Assembly (NCBI GenBank): GCA_002722695.1
Contig: PBMS01000014.1
Coordinates: 5,486 to 57,582, forward strand
Direction of reading: 5' to 3'
Length of the DNA stretch: 52,097 nucleotides
Source of the DNA: Methanobacteriota archaeon
GTDB taxonomy: Archaea > Thermoplasmatota > Poseidoniia > Poseidoniales > Poseidoniaceae
Positions 39,356 to 48,806 of this stretch are shown here, piece after piece (position 1 is the stretch's first letter; each line of letters starts with the position of its first letter). Position numbers and translations under genes: made by a program. The notes beneath the pieces were generated by a model. It made no database searches. It saw nothing but the letters and a program-made list of their open reading frames with translations, and was not told where the DNA came from.

Positions 39356-42300
39356 GTGAGACTCATGCTGACAGGCTCGAATTCATCCGCTGCCGCCGTT
39401 CGATCAGCACTCGCAGGGAGAAAAAAGGCCCTCAAATCGTTGATGCTCACCAGCCTGATGCTCTTGTCAACCCTCGCATCCATTCAATACGCCGTGGTGG
39501 ACGTTCAAGCGGCGTCAGATCAAGACGGTGACGGGCTTACCTACGGCCTGGAGTACCTCATGAACACCCAACCCAACGACCCGGACTCCGACAACGACGG
39601 CCTGCCGGACGGTTGGGAATGGAAGTACGGCCTCGACCCGCTCTCCTCCACCGGCGCTGATGGCGCCGTGGCCGACCCTGACGGCGATGGAATGTCGAAC
39701 CTTCAGGAATACCTCTACCTTCAGCCCAGCGGATGGGACAACACCAACACAGCCTCCGTGCTCGACAACGGCGTGTGGTGGAACGGGACCGTTCCGGTCA
39801 ACGACTGGAACGAAGAAGGTGCGCTCCAATTCAACCAACCCGCCTGTGGGGATTCGGGCTCAGACGGCACGGGGTCAACCATTCTCTGCGATGAGGACCC
39901 GGTGGGAAACATCTGCACCAACGGTTTTGATGACGACAAAGACGGGTTTGTGGATGGCGCTGATTCAGACAACGATGGCGATGCAGATTGCGCATCTGAT
40001 GACGACGACGGTGACGGCGTTGCTGACGAAGACCCAGCTGGTTGGGACACCGACGGCGACGGTATGCCCGATGGATGGGAAGCAGCCAACGGGCTGAACG
40101 CCACCTCACCGTCCAACGCAGACGGTCCAAACGGGGACCCGGACGGTGACGGTCTCAACAACCTGATGGAGTACGTGAACCCAACGTGGACCACGATGTG
40201 CGGGTCTTCTCCGTGCTTCCGCAACGGACCCGACGGCATCGTCACCGAGACCACTTCACCGTGTGACCCTGTCCAAGGCATCGGCCCCGGTGGTTGCGGA
40301 ACGTTCACCGCAGAGGTTGACGGCATCACGTCCACCGACCCCCAGCGAGCCGACACCGACGGCGACGGCCTCAACGACTCCTACGAGGCTCTGACGCTTC
40401 TGACCGATCCAACCTCGTCCGACACGGACAACGACGGCATCAGCGACGGTGTCGAGGTGAACGGCGCTTACGGCAACCCAGCACAGGCCAGCGACCCCCG
40501 AGACAACAACACGGACGGCGACGCCTTCGACGACGGCGAAGAAGACACCAATTTCAACGGCGTCCTTGATCCGGGCGAAACAGACCCCACTCGGCGTGAA
40601 GACTCGGGCGATGAGGACGAAGACGGCATCCAAAACTGGGAAGAGAACCTCACATGCACCCTGTGGGACGTTGCGGACACCGACTTTGGTGGAATCAACG
40701 ACGGTCAGGAGCGAAACATCAGCCACGGCACGGACCCTTGCGACTCTCTCGTGGACTTTGAAACGAATTTCGTCCAATACTACACCACGAACAGCAGCGT
40801 GGAAGTCGGCGACGGCTCCGGCTTCAACCCCGGTGGTGGCGTGGGATGGTTCAACGTCTCAGGCACGTGGGAATCCTTTGCTTACGCAGCTGTTCAAAAC
40901 AACCTCCTGCGAGGCGTGTCCTCCGGACCGTCCGGTACGGTCAGCGACGTCGCCAACCGAAACGGTTCCTTTTGTCATACCGACGCTGTGGCCTCCGGGA
41001 CGCTTGGAACCACGCAGCAGTATTGTGATGACGACTACGAAGACAGCGACGGCGACGGCCTTGCTGACTGGCAAGAATTGCTGGGCACCTTTGGATGGTT
41101 TTCCAACCCCAGCATAGCGGACAGCGACGCCGACGGTGTGGACGACTTCGGCGAAGTGTCGGACAACACCGACCCGAACGAACCCTGCACCAACCTGCTG
41201 GACGACGACGGGGACGGTATCAACAACTACTTCGAAAACACCACGGGTTGCGACCTGATCTACATCGGAATCACCAACGGCTCTCAAGACGTCTGGGTTA
41301 CAAGCTCAACGAACTTTGACAGCGACCAGGGCGGCGTGGACGACCGGACAGAATACTTTGACGGAACCAACCCAGAAAACGATCCGTCCGACGACATTCA
41401 GCCCGACGACTTTGACGGTGATGGCATCCCCGATGCCATTGAGAATCAGACCGGAACCGACTGGACCAACCCCGACACCGACGGTGGAGGGATGCCGGAC
41501 GGACTGGAATGTCCAGACATGTTTTGGTTCGTCAACTGCGCAGGTGCACCGTACGACCCGTTTGACCCCACCGACGACGTCATGACCAACGGCATCGTGT
41601 TCTATGCCAACAACACCTCAGGTACGGTGGACTTGAACGGTGATCATCGCTGGAGATCCATCACCAACGACTTCTACACCGGGACCAGTTATGCCCACTT
41701 GGAAAGCGTTCATCCAGCACAGACACTGGTGATTCCAGTCTCCAATCTTACGCATCTCGCACCCATTGGTTTTGCAAACTCGACGGTTCAGTGGAACGTC
41801 CAATTCACCCAACCCATCACCACAGGACAGATTCCAGCACCGGCGTACTACTCCAACGTCTCGTTTTATTTCGAGCCATCAGCCAACATAAGCCGAACCA
41901 ACGACACCCACATGCTCACCGTGGTGGAAGGCAGCATTGACCAGATGATTTTCCAGCAACCAGAATACTATTTTGACTGGGCCTCACTCGCTTCAACCAC
42001 TGTAGCCGGTCAAGGCTTCCCGTACGAACTTTTCCTCGACGAGAGGTTCACCAACGACACCTCTGAGTACTCCTACGTTCGAAACGTGACCTTTGGAGTC
42101 ATCAACGATGCAGGTGCAACCGATGCATACACCACGGCGTTGGCGCTCGAAGATTTCATCACAAACGGCAACGCTACGACCGAATTTAAGCGGAACTACA
42201 ACGGCTCGGGCACCAGCAGTCCTGTGGACGTGACCCTCAACGTTCTCGAGGCCCTCAAGGAGGGCTCCTGCCGTGAGTTCAACACGGCCTTCGTCACCAT

Positions 42301-45300
42301 GGCGCGTCTTGCAGGACTTCCGGCTCGCCAAGTCACCGGATACGTCGGCGGAACATGGACCGGCGACGGGTACGCCGTGTATTCAACCGATGCCACCACG
42401 TGGTCCGAAGTGCGCCTCCAGCAGAACAGCGCAAACGGGAACACCGACCTTGGCTGGATTCCCTTCGATCCATGTCCACCTGCAGAGGAAGTTGAGATTG
42501 TCAACCAAACCATCTCAACCATGACGCTCGCCAGGGATGGAACCGAGACCGTCAGCGTCTCCGGCCAGCTTCGATACGTGGCCAACGGCACGCCCGTTCA
42601 AGACATTCGAGTCTTTTCCTACCTCACGCCGGTGGCCGACGCTGAGTTTGTGCCGGGGGCAGGCGCTACGCTTGAGCGCTTGCTCGACGAGAACCTGACC
42701 GACGCCAACGGGAATTTCGTCCTGACCGGTTTCCCCAACGCTCCAACCGCACCCGGCATGCACAACATCGTCATCGAACATCGCCAGTCCGGTTATGTTT
42801 CCAACGATGGGGTTGTGTTTGACGGATTCTTGAACCTCACCGACAACGCCAGCATCAACCACACCGCCCCCCTCGCCATCAACGCCCCTGTTGCCGGCGC
42901 TGGAGCCACAACGGTGCTTGAGGGACGGTTGGCTTTGGCCACCCAACCCACGGATGAAATCTTCAATCTCCCCAACCAGACCGTTTGGTTGTCCTACACC
43001 TCATCGGTGAGCGGTGCCCAGAACCTTTCCACCCAAACCGACGCCAGCGGTTCATGGACCATCACGCTCAATTTGAGCGAGGCTGAGAATCGTGGGAATC
43101 TCGGAGCCACCCTCGGCTTCTCGGGATGGCAAGACACGTCCGTTCCCTCAGCAACTCCGTCCTTGTTCCACCTCAACCCCACGACCACCTCCATCGTCCT
43201 CAACGTCACGGACGCTCCAAACTTGACGGCCACTCTTGAGGGGCCGCTCTCCAACAACAGCATCCTCCTGCTGGGGGACAACGTATGGGTGAACGGCAGC
43301 GCCCAATCGCTGGGCGCCACGCCGGTTGCGTTGACCGGGGACGTGCAGCTTGCGATTCGCGCCAACGGCTCGGGAGACTCGTGGTTTGAGGTGTTCAACG
43401 TAACCATAACCGGCGTGTTTTCAATTCCGTATCAGCTTCCCACCAACGTCGATGTGGCTGCAGGTGAAATTGAGGTGAGGGTCCGCTTCTTCCCAACCAC
43501 GTTGCCGGCAACCGACGACGCCAACATGAGCACGCCCGACCCGTATTTCCTACGTGGCCTGCTGAATTTCGAAGTCCAACCGTCTTCTCAAGTTCGCGGT
43601 CAAAACGCACTTGTTTCGGTTCAAGTCAACGACCACCGCGGCATTCCAGCAGGGGCAGATATCCTCGGAAATTACGACTTTGAGTTCGATGGCACGTGGT
43701 TCAACACCACCGTTGACCCGACCTTCGATCTCCTGGAGGTCACGCTTCTGCTCGATGCCAACCTGCGCTCGGGTGACTACCCCATCGACATCTCGTTCAA
43801 CGGCTCAGACCTCTACCAACCTTCCATCGGCAACGGTTCCATGCGTGTGATGGCCGACATCGGGTGGAACCTGTCCATCGCACAAGATTGGACGTTCATG
43901 GGCAACTCCACCCGGCTGTTTGGCGATGTTTACGACGCAGTCTACCTCAATCCTGTGGTGAACAACACGACGCTGATCACCGTTTCCTTGTTCACCGATT
44001 TCGGGCCCATCGATGTGGCTCAAGCCACGCTGAACAACAGCACGGGTACGTTCGACATTCCCATCACGATGCCCACCAGCCTTCCCTCCAACGCGTATGA
44101 ATTTGCGGTGGATTTCGACTTCTTGACTCAGGCCCCACCGGGCGGAGCCTACTACACCTTCGTCGACCCATCGGTGCCTCCGGCTGCACCAACGCTGATT
44201 TCCACGCTGGGTGGAATCATCACAGAAGTAGCGGTCGAGGCAGAGAGGAGTGCCTACATCGTTGAGATGAACGACACGATCGACTTTACCGCCAAAATCA
44301 CGGACATCGCTGACAATTCAAATGTTAGCGGTGCAGGCGTGGACTTCATTTGGGATTTCGGAAAGACCAACCAGACCCTCGGCGTCGTTGCGAGCAACAG
44401 CGAAGGGAACGCCACGTACTCGTTCACGCCCTCGGGCATTGCTCCGGGGTACTACGATGTTGGCATCGTGGTGCAAGACGACCTCACAGACCCGCTTGTT
44501 GCGGGCAACAGCCAGCGGTACGGTAATTCCACAACCATCAACGTCACCGTCCAGGTCACCAGCGCCATCACCATCGATTCCATTCCCAGCACGGTCACCG
44601 CCGGCCTACCGTTCAACGTCGTGGGCCAGGTTGACGATGCTGAAAACCTCAGTCGTGGTTTAATCTCAGCGGTTCGTTTGAACGTGTTCTGGCTGGAAAA
44701 TCCAGAGGAACTCCTCCTTACCAACTACGCCACAAGCACGAACGGGAGTTTCAACATGACCGTCCCGACGGACACGGCCAACAACGGAACCACACGCGGC
44801 CCACACACGCTGGTCATCAGCGTCGTGAACGACTCCTCTCCGTTCTATCTGACGGCCTCCGCTCAAGCTCCCATCCAAGTGATGGGTGTGTCTCTCCTCG
44901 AAAATCTGCAGCCGCTCAACGCCGTGGTGATCAACCGTGGAAACGACATCAACATGTCCGCCAAACTGGTCGAGGCGTCCGACATGTTTACACCACTCTC
45001 GAATTATGAAGTGGCCTTGCAGTTCCACGAAACGTGGCTCTCATCAACGATCACGGACGGGGAAGGTCTTGCCAATTTCACCTACACCGTTCCCTACGAC
45101 CACCCTCTTGGTCTCATCGTGGTTCAGATGATGTTCAACGGTTCCACCGACCTGCTGTCGACCAACGCCAACCTGACAAGCATCACGGTGCGTTCGTTGA
45201 CGTTCTTGGTCGTGGACAACATCGCCGCCAACCCGGTGGCAGGTGAATCGTTCAACATCAGCGGCCAAATTGTTTCGGACAACGGTTCGGGGCTGGTCGA

Positions 45301-48289
45301 GCGGGACAACACCGTCCTTGCCAACGCCAACATTCTGTTCTCCATCGACGGACAGCCTTCTGGTTTCACAGCCACCGGCGGTGCCGTGGGTGTGGACGGA
45401 TTCTGGAACGCCACCATTCGATTGAGCGAAACCTTCGCAGCCGGCACTCACGCCATGGAAGCAACCTACATCCCCAGCGTCAACTTCTACGTGGGCTCCG
45501 ACAACAACACGACCTTTGATTCACGAGGCTTCTCGGTCATGAACTTCATTCTGCCCTCGCTTGACGGCATTGGGCAACCGTCGCTCAACGACCGTACCGA
45601 ACGAGGAACGCCCGTTGAGTTCTCGGTCTTGCTGAGGGACAATCAGGGTGCTCCGTTGGCCAACCAAAGTGTGATCGTTTCACTGACGGCCACCCTCAAC
45701 GATGTCGCTCCCGTGCAGATAACGGTCCTGACCGCCGCCAACGGTTCCGCTTGGGGCAACCTAACGGTGCCGTCAAACATGACGGTGGGACCAGCGGACA
45801 TTCACGCCGATTACGCAGGCGTGGCGGGAACCACCGGCATCGTCGGAACCAACGCTTCCTCTCGGTTTGTTGTGCTTGGCCAAACCCAGGTCATCATCTC
45901 AGAAGCACCAACGGTTCTTGTCGCAGGCGACACACTCGTTGTAAACGGAACACTCCTCGACGATCTCGACATGGCGTTGCAGGAAAATGGACAGCCCGCC
46001 ACCGCCGTGGTTCACCTCCTCATCGACGGTGTACCGGTGGCGAGCATCGAGACCGACAACCAAACCGGGAGCTACGCCTTCACGTACACCCTCCCCGAAA
46101 ACACAGCAGCCGGACCTCATCAAATCACGGTTGAGTTCCGTGGTGGACGAGAGTGGGTTGACCCTGTGGGCTACGGCGATACAAACAATCCAGAGTATTA
46201 CTTGCCGAGCTCAGACACGGTGGAATTCAACGTCAGTGTGCCCACCAAGATTCTGCTCCTGACGGCGACCGGTGATGCCGACCGAGAGACGACGATGACC
46301 ATTCAAGGTCGGCTGCTCGATGTGGTGGACAACCCGCTCGCCAACCTCACGATCGAAATTTGGCTGGGTGGACAGTGGCTCACCAACACCACCACCGACG
46401 AAACCGGCGAATTCTCTGCCGTCCACCCCGTTCCCGCCGATGCCCCGCTTGGGCCTGTGGTTCTTGAGACCCGCTTCACGGGAACGGTGGCCTATCTACC
46501 AAGCAACGCTTCGGGCTTGTGGGAAATCTTCAGTCCCGTGCTCGTGACCGTTGACATCTCTTCCCCTGTGGCCGTGAATCAGACCGTTGCTATCACCGGT
46601 TCGGTGCTTGACAATCAACTCGACGGCGTCCCCAACCATGAAGTTCAACTCGTGGTGGAGGGCATCGTCATTACGACCTTGACCACAGATGCAAACGGAG
46701 ACTTTGCGTTCGACTGGATTGTCCCGGACATCTTCGACTTTGGCAACCGCACGCTGGTGGCGGAAGTGGCACCTCAGGGCTTCTATCGCAGCGGAGAGGG
46801 CAACGCGACGTTCTTCCTCTCCCATCGCTCGTGGGTCACGCTGGTGTTCGAGGACGGCATTGATGCCACCCGAGGGGACACGTGGGAACTCAGCGGTCGT
46901 CTCTACGACTTTGATACGGTTGATCGAGACGGATTGGTTGGATTCGACCTTCTGGTGAACCTTGACGGTACGACGCTGTTGACCACCACCACCGGAGCCG
47001 ACGGCGCGTGGAGCGCTACGGTACCCGCGACCATGGACTTGAGCCGAGGAGAACACACCATCACCGTGGTGTTTGAGGGAACCCAAGCCCACTTGGCTGC
47101 ACAGGCAGAGAACAGTGTCCGCGTGTGGGCGGACGTGGTGATTCAACTGGACACAGGGACGGATTCCAACGTTGTGACCCGATCCGACGCCACGTTCCAA
47201 GCCGTGTTCTATTCGGGATCGGTGAAGGAAGTGGGCGGCTCCGGAGAGGTGTTTGAAAACCTCGTGCTCTCCATCGGCAACGGCTCGGATTGTTTGGGCG
47301 GTCGTGAGGGTGCACGGTGCTTTGACACCAGCACGGTCTTCTGGAACAACGGCAACTTCTCGCTCAGCGCAACCGCACCGTATTGGCTCGAGGTTGGCTC
47401 GCAATACTTCTTCCTTGATGTATCTCGCAACGATACGTACTACCTCAACGCCGCAAGCACCAGCCAAACCGTGTTTGTTCAAGTGGACGCGGTCATCACG
47501 CCGGTCTTGCTCGAGGTCGTGGAAGACGAACAGGAAGAGGTTGGTGGTTCAATCACCGTCATTGCTCAAGACACCAACACAGGGTTGCCTGACATTGACG
47601 TCGTCGTTTACCTCTACGACTCGAATCAGTCGCAACTGGCCAACATCGGAACCAAAACCGACGAAACGGGGAAGGCCGTGTTCGTCTTCAACGCTGATCC
47701 ACCTTACGGAGACGCCGATGTGTGGGGTCAGTTGACGATGGACATCGTCATCAACGATCCTCGTCTTTCCGCCCGGAGCATCCAAGACTTCAATGCGCTT
47801 CGTGGCGAAGGCTTCGCTCCGCAGTACCAGTTTGCGGAGGAGCAAGCGGATACCCCGTGGTGGTCGTACCTCCTCGTCGTCTTGCTGGCTGCCTTTGTGG
47901 CTGGATGCGTGGTCATGTACCGCCGAAAACAAGCCGCAGACGACCTGCTCAAAGACGCAGCTGAAGTCTTTGCCTACACCGCCGAGTTGCTCGCAGCAGG
48001 TGACGCCACTCGCGAAGCAATTTTCACATGCTACCAAGATTTATGCGGTCTGCTCCAGCAACGCGGCTTCCTTCGACGGGACTTTGAAACGGTGCGAGAA
48101 TTCGAATTTGCCGTACGCCAAGCGCTTCATGGTGTTTCGGATGAGGCGCTCACCGCTCTCGACAACACTTTCGAAATGGCACGGTACAGCCGAGAAGAGA
48201 TGGGGGCTCAACATCAGGACGTTGCGGTGCAGGCTCTGACCCGAATCAGTTCCGAAATAGCTGAGATTCAGTCGATTCCCCAGCGGTGA
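39356..48289 (+). CDS. Giant (2977 aa) surface protein: Ca-binding repeats + transglutaminase-like domain + Ig-like repeats + TM + DUF4129-like tail
   Basis: DSDNDGLPDGWE-type repeats; GSCREFNTAFVTMARLAGLPARQVTGY...W.EV...GWIPFDP; many G.L.D..G.P Ig-like repeats; TM WWSYLLVVLLAAFVAGCVVMY; I..CY..L...RR..ETVREF...FE.ARYS. Confidence 0.88.
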   Translation: MRLMLTGSNSSAAAVRSALAGRKKALKSLMLTSLMLLSTLASIQYAVVDVQAASDQDGDGLTYGLEYLMNTQPNDPDSDNDGLPDGWEWKYGLDPLSSTGADGAVADPDGDGMSNLQEYLYLQPSGWDNTNTASVLDNGVWWNGTVPVNDWNEEGALQFNQPACGDSGSDGTGSTILCDEDPVGNICTNGFDDDKDGFVDGADSDNDGDADCASDDDDGDGVADEDPAGWDTDGDGMPDGWEAANGLNATSPSNADGPNGDPDGDGLNNLMEYVNPTWTTMCGSSPCFRNGPDGIVTETTSPCDPVQGIGPGGCGTFTAEVDGITSTDPQRADTDGDGLNDSYEALTLLTDPTSSDTDNDGISDGVEVNGAYGNPAQASDPRDNNTDGDAFDDGEEDTNFNGVLDPGETDPTRREDSGDEDEDGIQNWEENLTCTLWDVADTDFGGINDGQERNISHGTDPCDSLVDFETNFVQYYTTNSSVEVGDGSGFNPGGGVGWFNVSGTWESFAYAAVQNNLLRGVSSGPSGTVSDVANRNGSFCHTDAVASGTLGTTQQYCDDDYEDSDGDGLADWQELLGTFGWFSNPSIADSDADGVDDFGEVSDNTDPNEPCTNLLDDDGDGINNYFENTTGCDLIYIGITNGSQDVWVTSSTNFDSDQGGVDDRTEYFDGTNPENDPSDDIQPDDFDGDGIPDAIENQTGTDWTNPDTDGGGMPDGLECPDMFWFVNCAGAPYDPFDPTDDVMTNGIVFYANNTSGTVDLNGDHRWRSITNDFYTGTSYAHLESVHPAQTLVIPVSNLTHLAPIGFANSTVQWNVQFTQPITTGQIPAPAYYSNVSFYFEPSANISRTNDTHMLTVVEGSIDQMIFQQPEYYFDWASLASTTVAGQGFPYELFLDERFTNDTSEYSYVRNVTFGVINDAGATDAYTTALALEDFITNGNATTEFKRNYNGSGTSSPVDVTLNVLEALKEGSCREFNTAFVTMARLAGLPARQVTGYVGGTWTGDGYAVYSTDATTWSEVRLQQNSANGNTDLGWIPFDPCPPAEEVEIVNQTISTMTLARDGTETVSVSGQLRYVANGTPVQDIRVFSYLTPVADAEFVPGAGATLERLLDENLTDANGNFVLTGFPNAPTAPGMHNIVIEHRQSGYVSNDGVVFDGFLNLTDNASINHTAPLAINAPVAGAGATTVLEGRLALATQPTDEIFNLPNQTVWLSYTSSVSGAQNLSTQTDASGSWTITLNLSEAENRGNLGATLGFSGWQDTSVPSATPSLFHLNPTTTSIVLNVTDAPNLTATLEGPLSNNSILLLGDNVWVNGSAQSLGATPVALTGDVQLAIRANGSGDSWFEVFNVTITGVFSIPYQLPTNVDVAAGEIEVRVRFFPTTLPATDDANMSTPDPYFLRGLLNFEVQPSSQVRGQNALVSVQVNDHRGIPAGADILGNYDFEFDGTWFNTTVDPTFDLLEVTLLLDANLRSGDYPIDISFNGSDLYQPSIGNGSMRVMADIGWNLSIAQDWTFMGNSTRLFGDVYDAVYLNPVVNNTTLITVSLFTDFGPIDVAQATLNNSTGTFDIPITMPTSLPSNAYEFAVDFDFLTQAPPGGAYYTFVDPSVPPAAPTLISTLGGIITEVAVEAERSAYIVEMNDTIDFTAKITDIADNSNVSGAGVDFIWDFGKTNQTLGVVASNSEGNATYSFTPSGIAPGYYDVGIVVQDDLTDPLVAGNSQRYGNSTTINVTVQVTSAITIDSIPSTVTAGLPFNVVGQVDDAENLSRGLISAVRLNVFWLENPEELLLTNYATSTNGSFNMTVPTDTANNGTTRGPHTLVISVVNDSSPFYLTASAQAPIQVMGVSLLENLQPLNAVVINRGNDINMSAKLVEASDMFTPLSNYEVALQFHETWLSSTITDGEGLANFTYTVPYDHPLGLIVVQMMFNGSTDLLSTNANLTSITVRSLTFLVVDNIAANPVAGESFNISGQIVSDNGSGLVERDNTVLANANILFSIDGQPSGFTATGGAVGVDGFWNATIRLSETFAAGTHAMEATYIPSVNFYVGSDNNTTFDSRGFSVMNFILPSLDGIGQPSLNDRTERGTPVEFSVLLRDNQGAPLANQSVIVSLTATLNDVAPVQITVLTAANGSAWGNLTVPSNMTVGPADIHADYAGVAGTTGIVGTNASSRFVVLGQTQVIISEAPTVLVAGDTLVVNGTLLDDLDMALQENGQPATAVVHLLIDGVPVASIETDNQTGSYAFTYTLPENTAAGPHQITVEFRGGREWVDPVGYGDTNNPEYYLPSSDTVEFNVSVPTKILLLTATGDADRETTMTIQGRLLDVVDNPLANLTIEIWLGGQWLTNTTTDETGEFSAVHPVPADAPLGPVVLETRFTGTVAYLPSNASGLWEIFSPVLVTVDISSPVAVNQTVAITGSVLDNQLDGVPNHEVQLVVEGIVITTLTTDANGDFAFDWIVPDIFDFGNRTLVAEVAPQGFYRSGEGNATFFLSHRSWVTLVFEDGIDATRGDTWELSGRLYDFDTVDRDGLVGFDLLVNLDGTTLLTTTTGADGAWSATVPATMDLSRGEHTITVVFEGTQAHLAAQAENSVRVWADVVIQLDTGTDSNVVTRSDATFQAVFYSGSVKEVGGSGEVFENLVLSIGNGSDCLGGREGARCFDTSTVFWNNGNFSLSATAPYWLEVGSQYFFLDVSRNDTYYLNAASTSQTVFVQVDAVITPVLLEVVEDEQEEVGGSITVIAQDTNTGLPDIDVVVYLYDSNQSQLANIGTKTDETGKAVFVFNADPPYGDADVWGQLTMDIVINDPRLSARSIQDFNALRGEGFAPQYQFAEEQADTPWWSYLLVVLLAAFVAGCVVMYRRKQAADDLLKDAAEVFAYTAELLAAGDATREAIFTCYQDLCGLLQQRGFLRRDFETVREFEFAVRQALHGVSDEALTALDNTFEMARYSREEMGAQHQDVAVQALTRISSEIAEIQSIPQR
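39515..41580 (+). repeat. Asp-rich Ca-binding (TSP3-like) protein repeats
   Basis: More than 15 units of D[TS]D.DG..D..E.....DP. Confidence 0.85.
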
Positions 48290-48292
48290 TCC

Positions 48293-48763
48293 TCACCACC
48301 GGAGGGTGAGGCGGCCGTGGCTGAAATCAGCCGAAAGCGAACCGGCTGCTTCGGTTGGGAGCGGAAACTCACGAACGAGGTTTGGTCCTTCGGGGTCTCG
48401 GACGTCCAACTTGACCACCGTGGCTTCCTCGGTTTCTTTGACGTGAAGTTGAATGGCTTTTTCCTCGGCCCCCAGCAAGGGTATGGTGAGTCCGTCAGGA
48501 TTCAATCGTCCATTGATGCCGTTCACGACCCACGCAAGAGCTCGCTCCGGGTGTTGTTCGGCCAACCCGGTTTCGGGGAGCATACCCGCCGTCACCAGAA
48601 CTTCAGTGTGTCGAAGCCGTACTTCTTCGAGATGGTTTGCTGAAGTCTCAAAGTTGGCTTGCAGCGTGGATGCGTCGGTTTGGAGACCTTCGTTGGTGGG
48701 TTGAGGTTGCTCTTCGGACAAGGGTTCGTCGGTGGCGATGTCCAGCGGCTTCCATTCTTCCAT
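48293..48763 (-). CDS. Hypothetical protein; C-terminus weakly resembles an Hsp20/alpha-crystallin strand pattern
   Basis: Fills gap between helicase and giant gene; ...REFPLP.....SADFSHGRLTLRW. Confidence 0.65.
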   Translation of the reverse strand: MEEWKPLDIATDEPLSEEQPQPTNEGLQTDASTLQANFETSANHLEEVRLRHTEVLVTAGMLPETGLAEQHPERALAWVVNGINGRLNPDGLTIPLLGAEEKAIQLHVKETEEATVVKLDVRDPEGPNLVREFPLPTEAAGSLSADFSHGRLTLRW

Positions 48764-48806
48764 GAAAGTTGCACAAGCCGAGCCCACATGAACCTTCGGA
48801 CGTGGT

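Noticed and set aside
39515-41580. GACGGCGAC-rich periodicity as CRISPR or DNA tandem repeat (also 10560-11155)
   Set aside because: Explained by Asp-Gly protein repeats with synonymous variation; no repeat-spacer structure or cas genes
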